Source of the DNA: a virus
Taxonomy: Duplodnaviria; Heunggongvirae; Uroviricota; Caudoviricetes
DNA length: 18,122 bases
Strand: one strand, 5' to 3'
IMG/VR virus record: IMGVR_UViG_2778261416_000003
Location: 1 to 18,122 of that record
Position 1 is the stretch's first letter, and each line of letters begins with the position of its first letter. The translations under genes and the position numbers were made by a program. The notes below the pieces were generated by a model. The model had not been told where the DNA came from. It worked only from the letters and a program-made list of their open reading frames with translations, and ran no database searches. This document shows positions 1 through 8,592 of the stretch, piece after piece.

Positions 1-2091
1 ATGTATGTCATTGCAAAAGAACTGATTGGCGCGCCCGGAATGCCTGCTACAACAAAAGGTATTCGCCAGGCATTACAACGTTACGTACAAGGGAAAAGCT
101 GTTGTTCCCGTCGTCGCTCAGGCTCTAAAGCAACTGAATACAGCATCGACTGTTTACCTGAAGTGACGCAGCAGGCATTACGTGAACGCTACGCCCTGCA
201 ACTGATGACGCAAAAAGCCGATGAATCACCGGCTCCGGTGGTGACAAAGGCCAGACGCTTACCTGCCGTGGTTGATGCGGTGGAGGCATATCGCGGATCA
301 CCCCAACTGATGGTCGAACGCCTCAATGCCCTGACTGAAAACCAACGTAAAGTGGCAGAGGCACGAATAGCGATCGTCAGCGAGGTGCTGAAAATCGCGC
401 AACAACCCGGCTTTAGTTGCGCTAAGGCTATCCGGTTCCTCGTTAACAGCCTGGCACGATCACAACTGGACGAGCGCATTGTGGCAATGGTTGAGACGGC
501 GAACGCCAAAAAGGGAAACAGCCGCGCGTTGAGTGAAATCACGCTGAAACGCTGGATTGCGGCCTTTAACAAGGCACAGAACGCCGCTGAACGCCTGCTT
601 TTACTGGCACCGGGTAAACGCCAGGAAATAAAAGCCGAAGATATTAACTGGCTGCCCGAATTTCTGGCGCAGTATCGCCAGTCAAACGGCCGACCAATGA
701 CCGAGGCTTACGAGGATTTTGTTGCTGAATGGCAGCACCGGCACGCTGATGAGCCTTATATGCTCGATATCATGCCCTCTTATGACACCATTCGCCGCGC
801 AATGAAGAAACTGCCGGAAGTGGTGAAACAAAAAGGCCGGGTAACTGGCAGTGAATACCGTCAGCTTGAGGGATTCACGCGCCGCGACTGGTCCAGAATG
901 CCGGTGAATTATGTCTGGATTGGTGACGGTCACGGCATGAAGCTGAAATGCGCGCACCCGGTTCACGGGCGGCCATTCGCACCGGAAGTGACCTTTGTTA
1001 TCGACGGTGGCACGCGCTTTGTGGTGGGCTGGAGCCTTGACCTGGCTGAAAATGTTTTCGCCGTAGCCGGTGCCATACAGCACGGTATTCGCCATCATGG
1101 CAAACCGTTTCTGTATTACTCGGATAATGGCTCCGGGGAAACCGCCGACGTCCTGGATAAGGAGATTGTGGGGATACTGCCACGACTGGGGATTAATCAC
1201 CCGACAGGGATTGCCGGTAATCCGCAGGGACGGGGCATTATCGAACGGCTTAACCGCACATTACCGATGCGCATAGCCCGTAAATACCGCACCTATTTCG
1301 GGAAAGGAGCAGATCGCGAGACGTTACGTAAAACCAACCGCGATTTACGCTCGGCATTCAGTGCCCTGCAACAGGGCAAACGGCTGAACGCCCGGCAGCA
1401 GTCAGCGATGCGTGATTTACCGTCCTGGTCTGAACTGATTGATGCCATTCGTGACGGTGTTGAGTGGTACAACAACCGGCCGCACGATGAATTACCCATG
1501 AAGCCGAACGGTAAACATTACAGCCCGGCGGAGTTCAGAAAAAAACGCCTGGCGGAAGAGGACACGGAAATTGAATGGCTGTCCGATGTTGAACTGCGGG
1601 ATATGTTCCGGCCGATGGTGGAGCGCCCTGTAAGACGCTGTGAAATACGCTGGCTGAATAATATTTACTACGCGCCCGAGCTGCGTGACGAGCATGGCCG
1701 TAAGGTACTTATCAGCTATGACATTCATGATGCCGAACGAATTACCGTGCGCCGCCCGGATGGCAGCGTGATTTGCGAGGCGGTATGGGACGGCAATAAA
1801 CGCGAAGCCTTCCCTGTCAGCGCGGAATACTACAAACAGCAGCAGCGCCTTAAAGGCATGCGTAAACGCGCAGAGGAAAAAATCCGTGATGCCGAGGATG
1901 AGGTTGTCAACGTGCTGGAGCACAAGCCGCAGGAGCCCTGGCTGGAAAACATATACCGCCCTGTGGGTAATACGGTGACCGTTCAGCAACCGGTCGCTGA
2001 CGATGAACCTGATGAAGAATACGAGCGTAATTTCCAGCGGGGATTGCAACTGCTCGAAGCGAAATTAAAAGAAAGTGATCCGCTGGCCTGA
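1..2091 (+). CDS. A: Mu-type DDE transposase (MuA-like)
   Basis: 696-aa ORF; N-terminus (KELIGAPGMPATTKG...) parallels the Mu A end-binding domain; DDE-like motifs VWIGDGHG, YYSDNGSG and a downstream IIERLNR glutamate; followed directly by a MuB-like gene as in Mu. Confidence 0.9.
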   Translation: MYVIAKELIGAPGMPATTKGIRQALQRYVQGKSCCSRRRSGSKATEYSIDCLPEVTQQALRERYALQLMTQKADESPAPVVTKARRLPAVVDAVEAYRGSPQLMVERLNALTENQRKVAEARIAIVSEVLKIAQQPGFSCAKAIRFLVNSLARSQLDERIVAMVETANAKKGNSRALSEITLKRWIAAFNKAQNAAERLLLLAPGKRQEIKAEDINWLPEFLAQYRQSNGRPMTEAYEDFVAEWQHRHADEPYMLDIMPSYDTIRRAMKKLPEVVKQKGRVTGSEYRQLEGFTRRDWSRMPVNYVWIGDGHGMKLKCAHPVHGRPFAPEVTFVIDGGTRFVVGWSLDLAENVFAVAGAIQHGIRHHGKPFLYYSDNGSGETADVLDKEIVGILPRLGINHPTGIAGNPQGRGIIERLNRTLPMRIARKYRTYFGKGADRETLRKTNRDLRSAFSALQQGKRLNARQQSAMRDLPSWSELIDAIRDGVEWYNNRPHDELPMKPNGKHYSPAEFRKKRLAEEDTEIEWLSDVELRDMFRPMVERPVRRCEIRWLNNIYYAPELRDEHGRKVLISYDIHDAERITVRRPDGSVICEAVWDGNKREAFPVSAEYYKQQQRLKGMRKRAEEKIRDAEDEVVNVLEHKPQEPWLENIYRPVGNTVTVQQPVADDEPDEEYERNFQRGLQLLEAKLKESDPLA

Positions 2092-2173
2092 AATAAAAAA
2101 ATAACCCGAGGGGTGACTCAGGTTATTTGAGGTTTCAGTCTCGGAGAATGCTGTCTCAAGCGAGGTGAATAAT

Positions 2174-3106
2174 ATGACCGATATTAACGATGTAATCAAG
2201 ACCATTGATGAACTTATTGATGGCGGCGTACTGACGCAGTATGCCATCGCCAGAGAGGCGGGAATTTCCGACGGCACATTATCGGCTTTCCGTAAGGGAA
2301 AATATAAAGGCGATAACGCTGCTGTGGCTGCTTCCCTGCGCTCCTGGTATGAGAACTGGAATAAACAAAGCGCACTGCCGGAACCGCCGCAGTTTGTGGA
2401 AACTCAGACAGTCCAGGAGCTGCGCGCACTGTTTCAGGCGGTTCGCCTGATGGGCTGTATTAACGTTATTGTGGGCGTACCGGGTGTGGGTAAAACGGCC
2501 ACTGCCCGTAATTACTGCCAGGAGCAACCAAACACCTGGATGATCACCCTGTCACCCGCGCACTCCAGCGTCACGGAGTGTCTGCTGGAGCTGGCCGATG
2601 CGCTGGGGATTGATTACACCCGCGCGAACAAAGGGGCATTATCCCGCGCCATCCGCCGTCGCCTGATGGGAACGCGTGGACTGGTGATTGTGGATGAGGC
2701 GGATCATCTTGGTATTGACGGTCTGGAGCAACTCCGGGCAATTCAGGACGCCACGGGGATCGGGATGGTGCTTATTGGTAACCCGCGCGGATTGTTTAAA
2801 GGTGGACGCCGCGCCTTTGATGATTTATCGCGCCTGTTCAGCCGTCTTGCCCGTACAAAACAACTTCGCAAGGCCAAAAAGGCGGATGTGCTGGCCATTG
2901 CCATGGCGTGGGGGATCAGTGGTGAGGCCGAGCTGGCCGTCATGCAGGCTATCGCTGAAAAGCCGGGAGCGTTACGCGTTCTGACACATACGCTTAACCA
3001 GGCGTGGCTCACCGCCAGCGGTGAAGGCGCGGCGCTGACAGAAAAACATATTAATGCGGCCTTTAAAGAGGTTTATACCAACCCTGAATTACTCTCACAG
3101 GTGTGA
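2174..3106 (+). CDS. B: Mu B-like transposition target-DNA activator, AAA+ ATPase
   Basis: Walker A GVPGVGKT, Walker B LVIVDEADHL; colinear with Mu B (PEPPQFVETQTV, KPGALRVL); ATG 2174 preferred over the track GTG 2165 because GAGG lies about 8 nt upstream. Confidence 0.9.
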   Translation: MTDINDVIKTIDELIDGGVLTQYAIAREAGISDGTLSAFRKGKYKGDNAAVAASLRSWYENWNKQSALPEPPQFVETQTVQELRALFQAVRLMGCINVIVGVPGVGKTATARNYCQEQPNTWMITLSPAHSSVTECLLELADALGIDYTRANKGALSRAIRRRLMGTRGLVIVDEADHLGIDGLEQLRAIQDATGIGMVLIGNPRGLFKGGRRAFDDLSRLFSRLARTKQLRKAKKADVLAIAMAWGISGEAELAVMQAIAEKPGALRVLTHTLNQAWLTASGEGAALTEKHINAAFKEVYTNPELLSQV

Positions 3107-3108
3107 TT

Positions 3109-3330
3109 ATGGCGGTATTTAATATTCCTGATATTTACGGACGCTTTTACCTGGTTAATTTCGATAACGTGAAGGTGATTTCACTGGCCGAAAATAAAGA
3201 ATGTGGCGATTTACTTTTTGAATTTAATGACCGCACACGAATGGTGATATCTGCCGGACTTGATCGCGAAGGTGCGACAGAAGTTTACAGCGGAATATGC
3301 CGTTCTGTTGGTGCGAAACAAGTCAGCTAA
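3109..3330 (+). CDS. small early protein, 73 aa; position and size match Mu kil but sequence not recognised
   Basis: ORF starts 2 nt after the B stop; AGGTG upstream of ATG 3109; synteny with the Mu early region. Confidence 0.5.
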   Translation: MAVFNIPDIYGRFYLVNFDNVKVISLAENKECGDLLFEFNDRTRMVISAGLDREGATEVYSGICRSVGAKQVS

Positions 3331-3342
3331 ATGAGGTGTTAT

Positions 3343-3597
3343 ATGAATATGCAATCCTGCGGTAACAAAATGAATTTATTCGACTCCCTGAACAGCGCGC
3401 GCCGTCTGACCGAACTTGCCGGTGCGGTACTGGAACGCAGTAAGCGCTATCCGCAACGTTTTGCACTGAAAACCACGCCGCCGGTAGGCAACGTGCAGGG
3501 AACCGGTGAAATTGAAATCACCATACAGACCAACGGCCTGCGCCGCCGTGTGAAGGCCACCCGCATCAGCGGCTGCACGGTTTACTGGGAGGTGTGA
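3343..3597 (+). CDS. hypothetical early protein (~84 aa)
   Basis: ORF with GAGGTG 4 nt upstream of ATG 3343 (track start 3331 in the same frame). Confidence 0.5.
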   Translation: MNMQSCGNKMNLFDSLNSARRLTELAGAVLERSKRYPQRFALKTTPPVGNVQGTGEIEITIQTNGLRRRVKATRISGCTVYWEV

Positions 3598-3598
3598 G

Positions 3599-3880
3599 GT
3601 GAAAAAAAATCTCATTGCATGGGCGTGGTCGAGTGGTCTTATTGAGTTTGGTTACGTCCTGCCGGAAGGTGCATTGCCGATAGTTGCCGGAAAGCCTGCC
3701 ACGGTACGGCATGTGATTGAGGTTATGGCGCGTCATGGACGTGATGAACAGGAGCAGTTACTGGTTCCGGGGATACCGGAAGCGGTGACGGAGGAAGAAG
3801 CCTTTAATGCCATGATTCGGTTCTGCCGTGAGGTTAGACGCCGGGTCAGTTATCCAAACAGAACGAGGACCAGAGGATGA
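3599..3880 (+). CDS. hypothetical early protein (93 aa, GTG start)
   Basis: GGAGG about 8 nt upstream of GTG 3599; stop overlaps the next start (ATGA at 3877). Confidence 0.5.
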   Translation: MKKNLIAWAWSSGLIEFGYVLPEGALPIVAGKPATVRHVIEVMARHGRDEQEQLLVPGIPEAVTEEEAFNAMIRFCREVRRRVSYPNRTRTRG

Positions 3881-4149
3881 GTAAAGTCGTACGCATTATT
3901 TTCGAATACAAGGAAGATGTTATCTGCAAAAACTCTGATGGCAGCACGCACAGAGGGGTAAGTCTGGATATACGTTCAACCGGAATAAAGAAGAAAGATA
4001 ATGGACCCGCCATGATTTTTGGGGTGGTTATGCTGGCAGAAAGCAGAAACTTCGCAGAGTTTGTGGCAATGAAAGCCAGTGCATTCATGAAAGACAGAGG
4101 CATGGCTTCCGGGGTTATTAACGGTAATGAATTTAATCAACAGGGGTAA
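3877..4149 (+). CDS. hypothetical early protein, member 1 of a tandem paralogue pair
   Basis: AGAGGA RBS then ATG 3877; N-terminus MSKVVRIIFEY resembles the next gene. Confidence 0.55.
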   Translation: MSKVVRIIFEYKEDVICKNSDGSTHRGVSLDIRSTGIKKKDNGPAMIFGVVMLAESRNFAEFVAMKASAFMKDRGMASGVINGNEFNQQG

Positions 4150-4153
4150 TTCC

Positions 4154-4447
4154 ATGAGCAAAGTACGCGTTATTTTTGAATTTAATCATGTTTCGCATGA
4201 CGAAAAGTTGGCAGGCAATGACTGTGTTGAAGTGCATGAAAAGATTGGAGTGGATGTGAAAACAGAACGTGATACGGATAACAGGCCGACGTCACTCTGT
4301 GACGTTTATGCAAGTATTCTCCAGTATCACAGTCCTGCAATTATTCAGTTTCTCTCAGCGGAATTTCAGGCATCTGCACAGTCTTTTGGAGCGGATGCCA
4401 TCATTAAACGCCACCGCGTGCATAAAGCATCAGGCACACTGCAATAA
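4154..4447 (+). CDS. hypothetical early protein, member 2 of a tandem paralogue pair
   Basis: AGGGG then ATG 4154 (internal Met of track ORF 4127..4447); N-terminus MSKVRVIFEF. Confidence 0.55.
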   Translation: MSKVRVIFEFNHVSHDEKLAGNDCVEVHEKIGVDVKTERDTDNRPTSLCDVYASILQYHSPAIIQFLSAEFQASAQSFGADAIIKRHRVHKASGTLQ

Positions 4448-4458
4448 GGAAAAACAAA

Positions 4459-4989
4459 ATGGCTAAACGCGTTACAAAATTAAAGGCCGCAGCCGAGGCG
4501 GCACCGCAGACCCGGGAAGAAGTCAGCCGTGATATCCGCACCCTGGGAGATATTCAGCGAGAGGCGCTGCGCCTGGAAACGGCGATGAATGACGAAGTGG
4601 CAGAAATCACCGCCCGTTATACGCCGCAGATTGAAAATCTTAAAAAGCAAATCAAAGTGCTTTTTAAAGGGATTCAGGACTGGTGCAAAACCAACCGTGA
4701 TGAGCTGACGAACGGCGGCAAAACCAAAACAGCCAATCTGACCACCGGAACGGTGTCATGGCGGCTGGGAACGCCATCATGCAGCGTCAGCCGTGATGTG
4801 GAAGGTGTGATTGAAATGCTGCGCCGTATGGGGCTTGAGCGTTTCATCCGCACGAAAGAGGAAGTGAACAAGGAAGCCGTCCTGGCGGAGCCGGATGCTG
4901 TGAAAGGCATTGCCGGTATCAAGGTGAATAAAGGCGCTGAAAGTTTTTATGTCGAGCCTTTTGAACAGGACGCCGGACTGAATAAATAA
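4459..4989 (+). CDS. gam: Mu Gam-like host-nuclease inhibitor (Ku-like dsDNA end-binding protein)
   Basis: 176 aa; colinear with Mu Gam (MAK...LKAAAEA, GDIQREALRLETAMNDEVAEIT, ANRDELTNGGKTKTANL, ERFIRTKEEVNKEA, EPFEQ); AAGGA RBS. Confidence 0.9.
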   Translation: MAKRVTKLKAAAEAAPQTREEVSRDIRTLGDIQREALRLETAMNDEVAEITARYTPQIENLKKQIKVLFKGIQDWCKTNRDELTNGGKTKTANLTTGTVSWRLGTPSCSVSRDVEGVIEMLRRMGLERFIRTKEEVNKEAVLAEPDAVKGIAGIKVNKGAESFYVEPFEQDAGLNK

Positions 4990-5134
4990 CACCACATTAA
5001 TCAATTAAATATCACTTCATTTTAATTATGGCGCTCGCGTCAGGGGACTGCTTGCGCCTGAAAACAGAAAATAAGGGTTAAGAAATATGAAATACGTTTA
5101 TATCGTCATTAATAATGTGGTGGGGAAATAAATC

Positions 5135-5668
5135 ATGATTGATGCAAAAGTGCTTGAAGGGGTTAAAAACTGGCTGTGTATTTATGGCCGCCTGACCTGC
5201 GGTGTACTGGCTGAAAAAATGAATATGCCGCCATCCTCCATGGTTTATTTTCTGCGTGATGCGGTTGATGCAGGCGTGCTGACGGAATGTAACGGTTTTT
5301 ATGATATTCCGCGCCCCCGCCCGGTGCAGCCGGTTCGTCGCAAATGCAGCCAGGAATCTGCGGCTGATGATGTTCAGTGGTGCGGCTTCAGAAAATCCCT
5401 GCCATGGATTGAGGGGCATGATATTCCGTCGATGGCGTGGGAATTTGCTCAGGGCGTTCTGACCTGTGAAACCGTTTATGTGGTGGCTGAAGTTGATGAG
5501 CAGGCCATGAAAGAAGGCGTGCCCCAGTTTGTGATGGCGTATATCGACATACGCCTGGGCGTCATTATCTGCGGTTTAAGCGGCTGGAATATCACTGAAC
5601 ATGTTCTGCGCTACCTGATTGTTGACCGGACAGCAGCGCCTGCCGGGATATCTGCGGAGGTGGCGTAA
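5135..5668 (+). CDS. hypothetical early protein with a possible N-terminal winged-helix DNA-binding region
   Basis: 177-aa ORF after a 145-bp AT-rich gap; GGGGA RBS; N-terminal pattern GRLTCGVLAEKMNMPPSSMVYFLRDAVDAGVL looks HTH-like. Confidence 0.55.
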   Translation: MIDAKVLEGVKNWLCIYGRLTCGVLAEKMNMPPSSMVYFLRDAVDAGVLTECNGFYDIPRPRPVQPVRRKCSQESAADDVQWCGFRKSLPWIEGHDIPSMAWEFAQGVLTCETVYVVAEVDEQAMKEGVPQFVMAYIDIRLGVIICGLSGWNITEHVLRYLIVDRTAAPAGISAEVA

Positions 5669-6183
5669 TGTTCTTTAAAACATCAAACCCTTCCGCGCTG
5701 GCTGCGTGGCAAAAATACCAGCAGGACTGCCAGAAAGTTAAGGATGAGGCAAAACGCCTTGAGGCCGTGCTGAATGTTGCGTGCCGGTCGGTATTTGTAT
5801 CCGGTATCAGTGGATTTTACTTTAAGGGACTGCGTTTTACGGAGGACAAATATCCTTTTCATCGCGACTTATGGCGAAAACCGACTGCGTCGAATGGCTG
5901 GAGCTGCACACCGCGCACATCACGTATCCCTAAAACCCTGCGTGTTGCCTCTGATGAACTGAACAGTCTGTGGCGTGAATATTCGCCCGTCACGTATGCC
6001 AGAACCGATGCGCTGTTGTTCTGGTTGGGTATTGATTTCTCGGCAATCCTGTTTGGCCCTGTGAAGTGGTTCTGCGTTGACGATGTGATTTACCTTCAGT
6101 GCGGCGTAAAACCCGCAAAACAGAAAATGACCGAAATACTGTCTGATGAGTTTTATGCTGCTGAAAAGCGAGTCAGGGGGTGA
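5668..6183 (+). CDS. hypothetical early protein (171 aa)
   Basis: GGAGGTGG RBS; start overlaps the upstream stop (TAATG). Confidence 0.55.
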   Translation: MFFKTSNPSALAAWQKYQQDCQKVKDEAKRLEAVLNVACRSVFVSGISGFYFKGLRFTEDKYPFHRDLWRKPTASNGWSCTPRTSRIPKTLRVASDELNSLWREYSPVTYARTDALLFWLGIDFSAILFGPVKWFCVDDVIYLQCGVKPAKQKMTEILSDEFYAAEKRVRG

Positions 6184-6186
6184 TGC

Positions 6187-6738
6187 ATGATGAAATTACA
6201 ACCCATGGGACTAAAAGGTCGCGCCCCCGCTCATGTCCGTCCGTGGACACCTGAAGAAGATGCGCTGCTGATTGCGCTTTATTCATCCACCCCGGTTAAG
6301 GATATTGCTGCCAGAATAAAAAGAACTGTCTGGGCTGTATATAACCGGACTGGTGTATTGCGCAGTTCATACCCGGAGTTACTGAAATATAAACACCCAA
6401 GATTTACACCTGATGAAGATAAGTTTATTCGAAAAAATGCCAGAACAATGACCTGCCAGCAAATGGGAGAATATCTCGGACGTAATAAAGATTCTGTCAG
6501 ATGTCGGGCAGGAATGATTGGTGCTGGATTAACAAAGTGCGGAGAGTTACGCCCCGGCACGCACATATCTGATGATGATGTACGTCTTATACGTGCGCTG
6601 CGTGATTCCGATTACCCACGCCGTCTGTCATTCCGGGAAATTGGCGAAAAGTTTGGAATATCTGAACATTCTGCTCACGCAGTTTATTACCGTCGCCGGA
6701 CTGCCGAGGACGCTGTATTACGGGAGTTAACGCCATGA
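6187..6738 (+). CDS. hypothetical early protein with three tandem HTH-like repeats
   Basis: 183 aa; repeated module W/F-T-P-E/D-E-D ... I-A/G-x-x-I/L-x-R-T/N/S (WTPEEDALLIALY..., FTPDEDKFIRKN..., ISDDDVRLIRAL...SFREIGEKFGIS); AGGGGG RBS. Confidence 0.6.
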   Translation: MMKLQPMGLKGRAPAHVRPWTPEEDALLIALYSSTPVKDIAARIKRTVWAVYNRTGVLRSSYPELLKYKHPRFTPDEDKFIRKNARTMTCQQMGEYLGRNKDSVRCRAGMIGAGLTKCGELRPGTHISDDDVRLIRALRDSDYPRRLSFREIGEKFGISEHSAHAVYYRRRTAEDAVLRELTP

Positions 6739-7064
6739 TAACGACCTTATTTGTTGAATCAGATGAACCTCTTGTGTGTGCCGCCGGAATGCCGCTCTGT
6801 GGCGGAACGCTGACCGGTGTTTATTTCGGGGATTTACGCGGTTATCCCTGGCATTCACTGAATGATGCTTTCCCACCTGATATGGAGGCTGCCGTGCTGA
6901 TTGTTCAGTATGGTCACCGTCAGGAGCTGCGCATCGGCCATATGGGGTATGAAGGCTTTTTTGTTGATGAAGAAACCGGAGCCTGCCTTGAAGATGAAGA
7001 CGGACAGGTGACGCACTGGTGTCATATTTCGGCTTTACCGGAATTACGGGAGGTGAATGCGTGA
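6735..7064 (+). CDS. hypothetical early protein (109 aa)
   Basis: ATGA overlap with the upstream stop; GGGAG RBS. Confidence 0.5.
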   Translation: MITTLFVESDEPLVCAAGMPLCGGTLTGVYFGDLRGYPWHSLNDAFPPDMEAAVLIVQYGHRQELRIGHMGYEGFFVDEETGACLEDEDGQVTHWCHISALPELREVNA

Positions 7065-7411
7065 GAAGTTATATTGATAATGAAAAGCTGGAGACAATAA
7101 GCGACTGTCTTAGCTTGCTGGCAAAAATCAAAGAAACTATTGAAGAGATTAAATTTCAGCTTGAATACGCACCATGTGGCGATGATGCATGGCGTAATGC
7201 TGCCAGAAAAGCACTGGCTGTCTTTCAGAAACAACGCCGGGCTGTTGAATACCGCCTTGCTGTATTGCGCCAGGAGGAAAAGGAAAGAAATATAAGACGT
7301 CATGAACGCGTTAATGATTTCCTTGTTCGTGAATTAAAAGAGCGCGTGCCGGAGTCGGTGTTTTTTGAATGTGAGGCTATAGCCCGTAGCAAAGCACTGG
7401 AAACAGATTAA
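7061..7411 (+). CDS. hypothetical early protein (~116 aa, GTG start), probably coiled-coil
   Basis: GGAGG upstream of GTG 7061, which overlaps the upstream stop (GTGA); charged heptad-like sequence. Confidence 0.5.
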   Translation: MRSYIDNEKLETISDCLSLLAKIKETIEEIKFQLEYAPCGDDAWRNAARKALAVFQKQRRAVEYRLAVLRQEEKERNIRRHERVNDFLVRELKERVPESVFFECEAIARSKALETD

Positions 7412-7426
7412 GCAGGCAGGTGAATA

Positions 7427-7735
7427 ATGAGTATTGAATTAAGATCGTCTTATGAATATCGCAAAATCCTTATCGCCGGAGGCATGAAACCGGAAGATGC
7501 AGAGAAATTCGTTTCTTTTATGGATAAAGAATGTGACAAGCGGGATATGCCAGAAATTATTATGGATGACATGATTCTGGATTCAGCCGTGGCGTTAAGT
7601 CCGTTATGGATTGTGCATACTCTTGCGGAAATAGCTAAAAGAAGTGACAAGCAGGCGGCTGTCGCCGCCCTGCGATTACTGGCTGAATTAAGTTGTTCAG
7701 TCAATCCCAATACGTTCTTTGACGAACCTGGTTAA
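7427..7735 (+). CDS. hypothetical early protein (102 aa)
   Basis: AGGTGA RBS then ATG 7427. Confidence 0.5.
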   Translation: MSIELRSSYEYRKILIAGGMKPEDAEKFVSFMDKECDKRDMPEIIMDDMILDSAVALSPLWIVHTLAEIAKRSDKQAAVAALRLLAELSCSVNPNTFFDEPG

Positions 7736-8107
7736 CATTGATTTGGTAACTTCTTTAATTAGATCAAATGGTGCGTCTGTAAACTCCTTTTTGATTCTTT
7801 CAAGGATTGGTTTTTTTCTCAGGGCGTTAGCTAAATCATGCCCCTGCTGGGTAAGCATAATGGGCGTGTTTCTGAAACCAACGCCCAGAGAATGGAAAAA
7901 GAAACCAATATATTTGGGTGTTTCTGACTGCATATCACCATTAACAATTGAGCCATTATCAGCGAGAAGCATAAGATGAAAAACTTTTTTATCCTTTTCC
8001 TCTCCTTCTGCCTCAGCCATGCCCAGATCCTGTAGTGTAAGGAAAGGTGTTTCAGCATCCTGAAAAGTTGTGAGAATACTTAATACTTCATCGTAATCTA
8101 TTTTCAT
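7697..8107 (-). CDS. hypothetical protein (136 aa), antisense moron at the early/late junction
   Basis: Only sizeable minus-strand ORF inside the + strand early operon; visibly AT-richer than flanks; AAAGG RBS upstream of ATG 8107 on the minus strand; 3' end overlaps the 7427..7735 gene convergently by ~39 bp. Confidence 0.5.
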   Translation of the reverse strand: MKIDYDEVLSILTTFQDAETPFLTLQDLGMAEAEGEEKDKKVFHLMLLADNGSIVNGDMQSETPKYIGFFFHSLGVGFRNTPIMLTQQGHDLANALRKKPILERIKKEFTDAPFDLIKEVTKSMLTRFVKERIGID

Positions 8108-8171
8108 ATCGATACCTTTAGTTTTATCCGGGCGGCGTTGCCATGCCGCCTGTTGTTACGGAGACACGATA

Positions 8172-8592
8172 ATGAATCGCGCTTCCCTGATTACCTTAAT
8201 ACATGTCGCAAAACGCGATCTACAGCTTGACCATGAGACCTACACATCCGTACTACTGGCAGCCACCGGCAAACCCAGTTGCCCGTTCAGAACGGTTTTC
8301 TGCCACCGTGCGTGGCTGGTTCCGGGATGATGGCCGGTTATGGGATGTCAATCTGCTGACCGGTGTTTCAGCCCTGCGTTTCGGTATAGAACAGACTGAA
8401 CTGCTGGTCTGTCAGGTGGAGTTTTTACTTGATGAACATAACGGGGAAGTCACCCGGCTGGTACTGGCACCGCGTGACGGCTTTATCGTTCCGGCAGAGC
8501 CGGACAGTAAGGGCCGGGGTGGTTCCGGTGACGATGTTGATGCCTTTATTCGCCAGCAGATGAAAAAACAGGGGATCAGCTTTGATGAATGA
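8172..8592 (+). pseudogene. GemA (Mu gp16)-like gene that changes frame, or a deletion-fusion remnant
   Basis: GGAGA RBS then ATG 8172; frame-0 ORF MNRASLITLIHVAKRDLQLDHETYTSVLLAATGKPSC... resembles the DUF1018/GemA N-terminus from memory but stops at 8330; the only long ORF continues in the +1 frame (8203..8592), has no RBS, and ends overlapping the gp45-like start. Confidence 0.35.

Noticed and set aside
189-2049. Minus-strand ORFs of 127, 172, 61, 68 and 185 aa inside the transposase gene
   Set aside because: They are antisense to a strongly supported MuA coding region, have low-complexity Arg/Ala/Ser-rich translations typical of GC-rich antisense frames, and show no RBS.
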